Below, piece by piece: positions 37,601 through 48,768 of a stretch of 64,000 nt of DNA. The position numbers and the translations under genes were made by a program. The notes beneath the pieces are model-generated. The model had not been told where the DNA came from. It searched no databases and worked only from the letters and a program-made list of their open reading frames with translations. The stretch comes from Pecten maximus (taxonomy: Eukaryota): contig NC_047022.1 in the NCBI RefSeq assembly GCF_902652985.1, forward strand, positions 13,702,001 to 13,766,000, written 5' to 3'. Position 1 is the stretch's first letter; each line of letters begins with the position of its first letter.

Positions 37601-37925
37601 TAGCTTCCTCGGAGATAAAGAATTCTGAAAAACACTCAATATGTTCTCCTGATAGCGAAAACACAAAATACATCAGCCGTCATAGGTAACGTGGTGACGC
37701 GAAAACAAACACAATGATTATATTGAATGTCCTTCAATAAGATCGAGGTACGTGTTATTGAAACCATGGACAAGTGGTGATCCGACTGGTTTCGTGTAAG
37801 GAAAGTAGTCCCACACGTCGTTGTTTTGAGAATAACAATAAACAAATTGTGTAGGTGTTGCTAACAAAGTCGGTCATATCTGTGACTGTCTTGGTCCGCC
37901 AGAATTACCTAAAATAACGCCACGA

Positions 37926-40900
37926 TTATCGTCTGCCGGCCGATAATCCCGGCCTTTGTCCAATTGGCATGTCTTTGTACTGAGGCTGTCGGGATGCACC
38001 ACCCCTCTCCGGAGTTGAACTGTAGGTAGGATATCCCGGGCCGCCCCTACCCTCGTTTGTAGGGGGATAAGTAGGACGGGGTTCTCTCCTATATTGGGTA
38101 TCGTTGTTTACATTTTGATATGCTGCTTGTTTGTCTGACGAATGTGACGTGTGTCTGTCGGACGGATATGACGTATTTCTGTTAGTTGGTTGAGACGGAT
38201 ATGACGTATCTCTGTTTGGCGGGTGCGATGTTTGTCTGTCTTGTTGATGCGCGGTATTTTTGTCCGATGAATGGGGTGGCTGTGATGTATATCTGTTAGG
38301 TGGTTTTGATGTTTGCTTGTCAGATTGATATGGTAAATTTCTACTTGGCGGTTGCTGTATATGTCCGTCTAGCGGATGTGACGTTTTACTTTCTCCGCCA
38401 TATTGGTGAGGTTTAGCTGGCGGACCTAGTCTCGATTCAGATGGGAGTTTCTCTCTATCTCCTCTGTCCCTCTGCATGCCATACCGATCACGCTGGTTAC
38501 CATTTTGAGGGGTTGTGTACGGATGCTCATCTTGTCTTTTACCTAACGCCTCGTATTGTTTATCGTTATGACTAATATATGGTTTAGTGTTGTCATATCC
38601 TTGAGCACCGCCACTCTGAGGGAGATGTTTATAGTTGGTATTTGACTGATTTTCTAGTCTAAAAGTGTTCAATTCAAGTGGTGGAGCGGATGGTGTGGAA
38701 TCTTTGTAACTTTGGGATTGGGGAGGATCGAGTTTTCCATATTTGGGAGGTGGGTTTCCTTGTACTGTTCCCTCGCTTGAGGGAGTAGGATTTTTGTCTG
38801 TTCGTCTAGGAACAAGGTGACCGGGTCGGGGTGGCTTTGACAATTGTTCCTCGGTCATAGGCGTTTCTGTAGTCCTAGGGGTGCGGCGCCTGGATCTGGG
38901 GTAGTTTCCTTGGTCATCGCTGAACGCTCGATTCTGTGTACCCCCGTTTGGCACTTGGATGGTGGAGGGTCCATTAGGTGATGTCTGGCCATCCTGTCCT
39001 GTCTGGGGCTTTGGGCGACGACGACGTCCTGAGGAAGAAACAAAGCAAACTATTGACATATCAACTGCAAAGGTTGTAGACTAATGATACGCTAAGTGAA
39101 CATCATTTGTTTTTTATTTCCAGTAATACTGCTATAGCTACAGAAAACAACTATTTAGTCATTAATGTAACAGGAGAAGGAGAAAATGTAGCAGAAAAAC
39201 CGGGGTTCGAAACCGGAACCCTCCGAACACTAGACGGACACTCTACCACTGAGTTACCTGGTCGCCGATGATCGACCCAGTCCAGTTCCGCTACATTAAT
39301 ATATTATATATAACTTACGAGTTGACATCCTGTATAGTCGATACATTGCCCGGCCAACGGGGTCCTTGTCCCGTCGCCATCGTCCGTATACGTACACAAA
39401 TATCACAAACAAGATGACAAGTCCAATCAGAATGCCCGAGTACAATGCCAGTCACGGCACCACTTCCTCTGTAACCATAGATACATATGAAATAATCAAA
39501 AACGCTTCTTTCAACTATAGCCACATAGCAAAGCATATAAACACGAAGCCGTGTAATCATTTCGCTGCTGCAATGTGATTGGCTGCCTCGAAGGAACAAA
39601 AAGTACCTTAAGATAGCCAGCCAATGACATTGCAGCTGTGCAATGTCCACACGAGTGATATTCGAACAATAAACAACAGGAAATTGACTGTCTTTGTGGA
39701 TGAAATTGATTTTCTTCGGCGTATAAGAATATAAAATGTATCGATATGGAGAGCTCAACACCATATGTGCCCGAAGTAAAATCATCAAAGGGGAATAACT
39801 CCACAAATAAGAGGGTAAGGGGTATGATTTTGGTATGCGACACTCCGGCTCACCAATATGTATATTTGTGTCAAGTATGGAGAGCCTCGGTCGAGTAGTA
39901 CTAGAGTTATGGTCCGGACAAGTAAAATCATCAAAGGGGAATAACTCCACAAATACGGGGGTAAGAGGCATGATTGTGGTATGCGACACTCCGTCTCATC
40001 AAGATGTATGTTTGTGTCAAGTATGGAGAGCCTGGGTCGAGTAGTATTGGCGTTATGGTCCGGACACCATATGTGCCCGCCCGCCCGCCAACATATTTCG
40101 TCTGGCGTATAAAAAGAACAGAAGAAATTTTTGCATACTCACCAGAATTATGATTTTTATTAGGAAGCCTCAGTAGGTATGATTTTTGAACATGGCGAGC
40201 ATTCCTCCCTTCTGTACAAATCTAACCCCTTAAAACAGGTAAAATATTCTATATACACTAGGAAATATCCAAATGCCCATCACATGTTACGATGTCAGGT
40301 CCCCGTGATTTACATCTAATACTCTTTTCCGTACTTACAGATGTCCGTCCGCATTCCGGAATGTAGAATCACACTGGTCGCAGCAGTACACGTTAGGATA
40401 GTGACCACAGCACGCTATCTCACAGGTCTGGTCGACATAGCTCGGTACTTCAGCACTAAGATTGTAGTACAATCTGATAACACACTCCGCCTCCACCCTC
40501 GGTCCTATCAATGGTTAAATACATATTCAAAGTTTGCTTATTCCATAGGACTTTAACTTGATAGAAAGTTACAATTGTAAGCTGCATACTTATCACACAA
40601 TAAAGCAACACGTAAAGATATGTAACCACAATAATGACACAGCATCGCAGACCTGTATATATTTATTACATAATGCGTTTGATTTTCCTTAACTATACGC
40701 ATAAGGTATATTATGAACTATTGCACGGCTAAAATGACTATTGCACGGTCACGTGCGAACTATTGAACACCTGTGACGCTTCGGAATTTGGTCACGTGCG
40801 AATTATTGAACATCTATGACGTTTCGGAGTTTAGTCCTACCCTTTCAAGCGTCAAAGTTACTCAGATGTCAACACAGCCAGACGACAATTATGGCGACTT

Positions 40901-43900
40901 CTAGGCCTACAGGAAAGTCGAGATTTCAGTGATTCTAAGTGTGTTTCAGTGATTATGTAATAAAACAAGTATATCATGGGTGTCCTTGCAATAGTCCAGA
41001 ATATTTGACACGAGGTACTGGTAATCGACCGCAGTTCTATTGCACACGGCCTTCGGCCCCGTGCAATAAAACAGCGGTCGATTACTAGTACCTCGTGTCA
41101 ATATTCTGGACTATTGCGCAGACACCCATAATATATTTGTATATTTTTGTGACAGTCATATTAAAATGAAGTCGAGGATGGAGGAAAAAACAAATACAAC
41201 ATGATCTTACGATGATCAACTACAGATTCCATTTGAAGGGTAACATCATTATATGAAATTGTTAGGAAACCCACAGTGCACAAAGGCTGACTAAAATATT
41301 TACAGACTCCCCAAAGCCCTTACCACCTCCAACCCGTTTAAAATCTTATAATGCACTGATGTGTAAATAGGGAAGTAAAAAATTACAAGCGGCGGTTTCC
41401 TATTGATATCGACAGCCTAATCCCCCCTCCTTCACCCTCTCAGACTGTTCAGCAGTTTGAAAGGAACAGTTCACTAAATATATTTTTATCGAATACGTCA
41501 ATGCTTCTGTTATATCATGAATATGTTGAAATTCAGATATAACAATCTGCTATGAACACATCGGCGAACAATAAGTCCCTGTTCGAAGATTTCATCTTTT
41601 ATGTCAAAAAGAGTGTCATTGAGTCTCAAAGAATGTATTCAAATTCAAATATTTTCTTTATCGATAGTTTGACAAGCCAGTTATTGATTTGATTGAAATG
41701 GCTATTGGTGGTTTCTTAAGACAATTGATGATTCTGTAAGGCAAATGTTGGTTTAATAGGACAATTGGTGAGTTGGTAAGACAATTGACGGGGTGGTAGG
41801 AGAATGGGTGCATGGTTAGATTTTGGCAAGACCATTGAAGATTTGGTAAGACAATTGTTGATTTGTAAGACAGTTGGTGGGTTTTTAAGACGAGGGATGG
41901 GCTGGTAAGACAATTGATGTTTTTGCAAGACAATTGTTGGTTTAGTAAGACATTTGTTGGTTTGGTAAGACAATTGATTGTTTGGTAAGACAATAGTGAT
42001 CTGGTACGACAAATGTTGGTTTGGTAAGACAATTGTTGGTTTGGTATGACAATGGATGGTTTAGTAAGACAATTGGTTGTTTGGTAAGACAATTGGTTGT
42101 TTGGTAAGACAATGGATGGTTTGGTAAGACAATTGGCGATTTGGTACGACAAATGTTTGTTTGGTAAGATTATTGATGGTTTGATAAGACAATTGGTTGT
42201 TTGGTATGACAATAGATGGATTGGTTAGACAATTATTTGTTTCTTGACTGCAAAATAAAATAAAACCGAGTTTTAGAAACATGTTTATTATTATTATACC
42301 TTATGTAAGATTATCGTCTTATTATTGGTCAATTCCTAATCACATGACCTGAAACAATATGCAGTGTCAGAAACAGCGGTCAACATTGCCGTGGGATATT
42401 GCAATGTTCCCCGCTCCGCCCGAAAACACACGATTGTTTCTTACGGAAAATCCCGAACATTGAGAAGGGAGACAATTCTTACAAACACAACAGTGACACA
42501 GACAAATTGTAAACATGGAGCAGACGTCCAAGAGGTTTGCCCCAATATTTGAGGATATCGATAAATTGATATCTATTCGGTATAATAAAATAAATAGTGC
42601 CCTTGTCTGAGGGGAATATGGAGGATTGTTTCCCCTCGAGAACATTATCTTCCCTCGCCTATCGGCTCGAGAAGATAATGTTCCCTCGGGGAAACAATCC
42701 TCCATATTCCCCTCAGACAAGGGCACTATTTATATAATATGTCCCTGGAACTATGAATATGTACCAAGTCATATAAATATCATGTCCTGCCAAAGGCGAC
42801 TTCAGTGTTTTTATGTATATCTATTTTTAATATTTGAAATGTAAATATTTATAGTGTCTCAAAACATAAATCTTATCTTATAAAAGTTCTGGTAGTATTT
42901 GAGTATCTACGTTTTGTGGTCGATATTGCTAGTGTACGTGTGTACCTGTTTACAGGTATTAATCGGGCACGACTTGGGGCCGTCATTACGACAATCAATA
43001 CATCTCGGCCAGGATGTATTTGACGTACAACTGTATACATTGTTTATATCGATTGAGCCCTCTGTCTCCCATATAATGGTCATATACGTCCCTGAAAACG
43101 ACATGTTTCATTATATCTTAATGTTTAAAATGTTTAGGGATCATGACAACTATTGGTTGGAGCATATGCAACCAAGTGGTTCAACAATTCCGCGAAAAGC
43201 AATAATCCTCTTCAACAATGCCGAGGAAAGGACCAACCCTTTTCAACAGTTTCGAGAAAAACATATAGATCTCATTTACACATCCAGTCATACTGTTTTA
43301 TGATGGCCAGATATTACAACTTTGGCAGAGTGCAACACAAGTGTGGCGAGGAACGTTAAATGTATAAAACAAAAATGTTATGCATGTAGTATACAATTTA
43401 TCGAATCACTCAGAATGTATTAACATAAGTAAGACACAACTGCGCCTGTCCAAAATAAAAACAGTAGATAAAATGTCCGTGTTTGTACAGAAACACCATT
43501 ACGACTGACAGTAATTACATATGTCAATAAAACCCAGAGGCACAGCTGGACATACAATACACAACGATATAGAGTGTACAGTGTACATCATAATCATATA
43601 TGTTGATTTGTTAGGTATATGTGTAGTTGGACCTATCCTAGTGTGTGTAGCACAGGGATATGATAATTTGTTATGTATATGTGTATTTGGACCTATCATA
43701 GTGTGTGTAGCACAGGGACCTGATAATTCGTTAGGTATATGTGTATTTGGACCTATCCTAGTGTATGTAGCACAGGGATCTGATAATTTGTTAGGTATAT
43801 GTGTATTTGGACCTATCATAGTGTGTGTAGCACAGGGACCTGATAATTTGTTAGGTATATGTGTATTTGGACCTTTCATAGTGTGTGTAGCACAGGGGCC

Positions 43901-44555
43901 TGATAATTTGTTATGTGTATGTGTATTTGGGCCTATCATAGTGTGTGTAGCACAGGGACCTGATAATTTGTTAGGTATATGTGTATTTGGACCTATCATA
44001 GTGTGTGTAGCACAGGGACCTGATAATTTGTTAGGTATATGTGTATTTGGACCTATCCTAGTGTGTGTAGCACAGGGACCTGATAATTTGTTATGTGTAT
44101 GTGTATTTGGACCTATCCTAGTGTGTGTAGCACAGGGACCTGATAATTTGTTAGGTATATGTGTATTTGGACCTTTCATAGTGTGTGTAGCACAGGGACC
44201 TGATAATTTGTTAAACGTGTATTTGGACCTATCCTAGTATGTATAGCACATATTCAAACGTCTTGGGGGAGGGGTGTAGATTAGGGGGTTAACACCGAGG
44301 GTTATCAACTGTACCAAATGTTAATCTAAACCCATAAGGTGATAAACAAATTGGAATCGATCTAAATAACGTAGCCTGTATCAAATTAACATGTCCCTGT
44401 GTCTAGCGCCACTCAATAGCCCGAAGCTCGACTCATTTCCCTCCGAAAATAACTATCGACTACCACATTAATATTTTAGGTGATAAGGTTTTTACTGTAC
44501 ACATAACCGCCAAGGTGTGACATAGGTTTACCTGACGTAAATATGCGAAACACAT
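37926..44555 (-). CDS. Shisa/CYYR1-like single-pass type I membrane protein. Exons 44555-44532 and 43545-43497 (tentative signal peptide), 40504-40339 (Cys-rich), 39468-39319 (TM, 1-bp frameshift at 39435-39437), 39028-37926 (P/Q-rich tail)
   Basis: Ectodomain ECVIRLYY...QTCEIACCGHYPNVYCCDQC; TM GAVTGIVLGILIGLVILFVIFVYVYGRWRR after removing one G; tail has PPKY and PSAP motifs; splice phases consistent. Confidence 0.65.
39166..39295 (-). mobile_element. 130-bp solo-LTR-like element containing a tRNA-like sequence (Helenus-type TRIM candidate)
   Basis: TGT...ACA termini with TTAA on both sides (39162-39165, 39296-39299). The minus strand has an A box (GGTAACTCAGTGGTAGAG) and a B-box-like GGTTTCGAACCCC. 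Confidence 0.6.
39761..40115 (-). mobile_element. HINE-like remnant with two ~146-bp units
   Basis: 'gtaaaatcatcaaaggggaataactccacaaat' at ~39776 and ~39922; (cccg)n microsatellite; A-rich end. Confidence 0.5.
40965..41140. repeat. Long imperfect hairpin (~80-bp arms, gccttcggc apex), end of a ~430-bp non-autonomous element (~40706-41140)
   Basis: gcaatagtccagaatatt...gacacgaggtactggtaatcgaccgc versus gcggtcgattactagtacctcgtgtcaatattctggactattgc. Confidence 0.8.
41700..42240. repeat. ~20-22-bp minisatellite (ttggtaagacaattggttgt)
   Basis: Over 20 degenerate copies; explains the repetitive ORFs at 41658-42282. Confidence 0.9.
42590..42733. repeat. Long hairpin (~63-bp arms), end of a ~450-bp element (~42285-42737)
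   Basis: ataaatagtgcccttgtctgaggggaatatggaggattgtttccc versus gggaaacaatcctccatattcccctcagacaagggcactatttat. Confidence 0.85.
43600..44250. repeat. 60-bp minisatellite, ~10.7 near-identical copies (intronic)
   Basis: Unit gtgtatttggacctatcatagtgtgtgtagcacagggacctgataatttgttaggtatat. Confidence 0.97.
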
Positions 44556-45404
44556 GTACATATATCAACCTCACACACGGGTTACTCACACTATCGGCCT
44601 AGATTGATTTAACCTAGAATCCTACATTACCGATTTCCCTATATACGATCAGCGTGAATGTTGGTGAGGGGTTAAGGCCCATGTGCACTCCTGTATATAG
44701 AAGTGAAAGGCTCTAGACAATAACAATAGAAAGACTTAGAGTAAGTACAAACCACATGACAGAATGGCGAACAGCTGTATGACAAATACAGGTAAACATC
44801 CTCGAATTATTTTCCGACCAGGTACGTCCACCAGTCGGTCCATCCGTCCTCGGGTGTCTGTCACTTCAGGACGGTTAGAGATTTACTCGGCCTCCATTAC
44901 GGCTACCCCGGTATTTCCATAGATAACAACATCGCACAGGTAGTGACGTTGTGTAGACACTGGTGTGGAGCGTGTGTGCTGTACTCAGGTGTGTCGTGTC
45001 TCCTGTCTCGTGTGCCACAGGTGTAATACACAAGGTATGACATTCCTACTGTATTACTCCATATCACATGGTGCAGTGTGTACACAATGGTGCGTAATGT
45101 ACCACAGGTATTTGTATTTTTATATTGAAAAATAAAAATGCTAATGAAACGCCTCCGTTGAGGTCTTTACTTTGAAAAGACCTGTACAAGATTTATCATT
45201 ATCATTTTTGTTTTTCAATATAAACTTAGTATAACTTCGTATATTCTGAACGCAGGCATACTTGCCTCTATGTTCAGATCTTTGTCCATAAAGCTACAAA
45301 ATTCCTCTGAATATATCAGCGTTTTCGAGTAGGGTTCAAAATATGAAATGAATATCAGGACAGCAGCATTTTATTATTCCAGAAAATGATAATATCGCGA
45401 AAAG

Positions 45405-45568
45405 AAATAGAGGATATCTAACAGTGTCTTCAGTAATACCAAATATATTTCACTCGTGCGGCTAATATTTTGATATTTTTCACGAGTGCGCAGCACGAGT
45501 AACAAAATATTAGCCGCACGAGTGAAATATATTTGGTATTACTGAAGACACTGTTAGATATTCTGTTT
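45405..45568. repeat. Long hairpin (~60-bp perfect arms, gcgcagc apex), start of a ~430-bp element (~45405-45838)
   Basis: atatctaacagtgtcttcagtaataccaaatatatttcactcgtgcggctaatattttg versus its exact reverse complement at ~45503-45561. Confidence 0.85.
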
Positions 45569-46274
45569 ATTACATTTTTTATCAACGAAAAACCTACCCC
45601 GTATGTTAACTAGGCCTACAGCGATACTTTGTAAACAAAAAAAGTAGTTCCCCTTGTCCAGGTGCTGACATATGTCGGACTTTCTGATTGGTCAATTATT
45701 TTTGTATTTTCTAATCATTAATTTGATTGGTCAAATCAGCAACAGTGATATTTTTCACTGATATTTTTCACAAGTAAAAAATATCACTTTTATAGAATGA
45801 ATCATTTTTTGATATTTCACTGGTAAAAATGTAATAAATCAAAATATTATCAGATCAATTTATGGTTAAATTTAAGGCGTTGGTGTGTCACGTCCTGGGG
45901 TAGGGATGTACAGTGTACAGTATAAATGACGTGGATACTTTTGTTAAATTATATTTAATAGTGTTGAGTTAATTAATTTCACAAGTGATTTCAATTCAGC
46001 ATCTACCACAAAATAAAAAGGGCATCAAACTTGAATGTACTGGGTCTTTCATAATAGTATCTAGATATATATTTCCCCATTTTAATGATATTGGTTGATC
46101 ACTACAATTAATTAATAATAATGGAACTCGTCTCCTATTTCGTTCAGGTTGCAAAGACTACATATTCCATTTTCTTTGCATGGGGATGTTATTCCATCTT
46201 CCGTATTCAATTGGTAATTTAATGCTACAAGTTCGAAATTATGTCATATCCTTGGGCCAAAACATACAATTCTA

Positions 46275-46855
46275 CTGGCGTTGGTGTGTCACGTCCTGGG
46301 GATAGACCTTAACATTTTAATGGCGTTGGTGTGTCACGTCCTGGGGACAGACCTTAAAATTTTAATGGCGGTATGTCAAATCCTGGGGACAGACCTTAAA
46401 ATTTTAATGGCGTTGGTATGTCAAGTCCTGGGGATAGACCTTAAAATTTTAATGGCGTTGGTATGTCAAGTCCTGGGGATAGACCTTAAAATTTTAATGG
46501 CGTTGTTGTGTCACGTCCTATGGGGTAGAACATGAATTTTAATGGCGCTGGTGTGTCACGTCCTGGGGACAGACCTTACAATTTTAATGACGGTGTGTCA
46601 CGTCCTGGGGGCAGACCTTAAAATTTTAATATCGTTGGTGTGTCACGTCCTGGGGGCAGACCTTAAAATTTTAATGGCGTTGGTAAGTCACGTCCTGGGG
46701 GCAGACTATAATTGTAGAATATAAATTTTATTGGCGTTGGTGTGTCACGCCTTATGGGGTAGAGCATACACTTCTATTTGCGCTGGTGTGTCAAGTCCTG
46801 GGGGCAGTTCATTCAGTTTAAATGGTGTTGGTGTATCTCGTCCATGGGGATAGAA
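46275..46855. repeat. ~42-46-bp minisatellite (atggcgttggtgtgtcacgtcctggggacagaccttaaaatttta), ~12 copies
   Basis: Direct tandem copies; a single further copy near 45875. Confidence 0.92.
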
Positions 46856-46899
46856 CCCAAAGCCTTGCTCACAGGGTCGAACGCTCAACTCAAATATCA

Positions 46900-47345
46900 A
46901 ACGGTAAACCGTGTCAAGGAAGAGGTTGGGAATGAAATGTTATATGACAGACGAACAGCATCAAATATTTGGTTACATCCACTCAAGCAGCAGGTACAAT
47001 TCTTACTACATATCTGGAGGACACACCAGTCATTGTGAACAATCAGAGCAATGCAGATATCTTATCGCTTCAGAAATCATTTCTGGGAAGTACCTAAGCG
47101 AAGTACGTCGAGTCCGTGAGGAAGTGTGGAGATACAGGATGCTTTCCAGGAGCTGGGGTCTAACAAAGATGTTCAAGTCACTTCAAATAATACATAAAAA
47201 CACTAGGAAAGGACAGACGAAATATATAACAACACAGGGAATGGACAGAAGAAATATGGATAGAAATAAGAGATGGAACAAAAACGACAAAGTCTATCGA
47301 TATAATAATAAAACCATAATTCAAAGGATCACTCGTAAAAGATGA
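46900..47345 (+). mobile_element. Highly degenerate LINE RT fragment
   Basis: Mixed-frame motifs QTNSIKYL and ...EEVW resemble the post-RT 'KYLG...YGxEVW' region; weak. Confidence 0.3.
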
Positions 47346-47764
47346 AGTCACTTTTCCAATAGAAGCATTTCTTTTTTATTTCATAAAAAGGTATATATAT
47401 ATATGTGTGGATGTATAAAATATTCCTGATAGTAAGAAAGAAATATGTATTTGTATCTTTGTTTATGGACAAGTCAAATTCTGTTTACAGCGACAAGTAT
47501 ACGTTTATGTTTGTATTTACGTTTTTATCCAAGGGATACACATAACTACATTGGGCAGTTTCTACGATATTAACCATAGTAATCTTATATTTATTTTTTG
47601 TACTTCATCCTACAATATTGAATATCAACCAGCTTCTGTAAAACGAGATGGTATCTATATATATTGGATTTATCAAAAGGAATCATGGCTACCAAAGTAA
47701 TGCGCAAATCAAAAGGATGTCTGTACATATCACGTATATCCGGTTATATAGAATGGTGTTGATT

Positions 47765-48325
47765 TATTCAGACCTATCAGAGGCACATGTCTTTATCGTA
47801 TTCAAACCGCATCAGAGACACGTGTTTCTATCGTATTCAGACATATCCGAGACATGTGTCCCTATCGTATTCAGACCTATCAGAGACACGTGTCTATAAG
47901 ATATTCAGACCTATCAGAGACACGTGTCCCTAACGTATTCAGACCTATCAGAGACACGTGTCTCTATCGTATTCAGACCTATCAGAGACACGTGTCTTTA
48001 TCGTATTCATACCTATCAGAGACACGTGTTTCTATCGTATTCAGACATATCAGAGACACGTGTCCCTATCGTATTCAGACCTATCAGAGACACGTGTCTC
48101 TATCGTCTTCAGACCAATCAGAGACACGTGTCTTTATCGTATTCATACCTATCAGAGACACGTGCCTATATGGTATTCAGACCTATATGAGAACCGTGCC
48201 TATATGGTATTCAGACCTATCAGAGACACGTGCCTATACAGTATTCAGACCGTATCAGAGACATGTGTCTATACGATATTAAGACCTATCAGAGACACGT
48301 GTCTATACGATATTCAGACCTATCA
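47765..48325. repeat. 34-bp minisatellite (tatcgtattcagacctatcagagacacgtgtctc), ~16 copies
   Basis: Period 34 (e.g. 47941 and 47975). Confidence 0.95.
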
Positions 48326-48768
48326 CCCGACATTAAAGTTGTAATAGACATATATTGATAAGATGTCCGAAATATTTGAAGAAATATCCGTCCTCGTTGG
48401 GACTATGTAAAGACACATGTCTACGTTGTAAAGTGTATACACATTGCATTAGAAACACACGATATTTAGACCGTTTTCGCGCAAAAAAATATCCTCATGT
48501 GATACAGCTTGTTTTAGAGATACATCTCTATGTATTATACAAACCGTCTTAGAGACGCATGACAGCATGGTATTCAGACTAAATTAGATACATGTATCTA
48601 CATGATATTCAGACTGCAAACTAATCAGGCTCCAATATACTGTGATACGGCCATTCAGATGACCTTCAGCGAAATGATAATCAAACTATAGTTCATTTAG
48701 TCTGATAGACGGTAAGACATTTATCCGTAACTAGTCCTTTCAATTGGTATCAAATACAGTGTCCCCTG

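Noticed and set aside
40143-40228. Additional exon of the Shisa-like gene
   Set aside because: Contains in-frame stops in the compatible phase, whereas 40339 splices in phase directly to 39468.
43600-44250. CRISPR array or repeat-protein ORFs (43499-44179, 43521-44237)
   Set aside because: Contiguous 60-bp units with no unique spacers in a eukaryotic intron; the ORFs arise from a stop-free unit divisible by 3.
41658-48344. Repetitive ORFs at 41658-42282, 46281-46724 and 47854-48344
   Set aside because: Translations of minisatellites.
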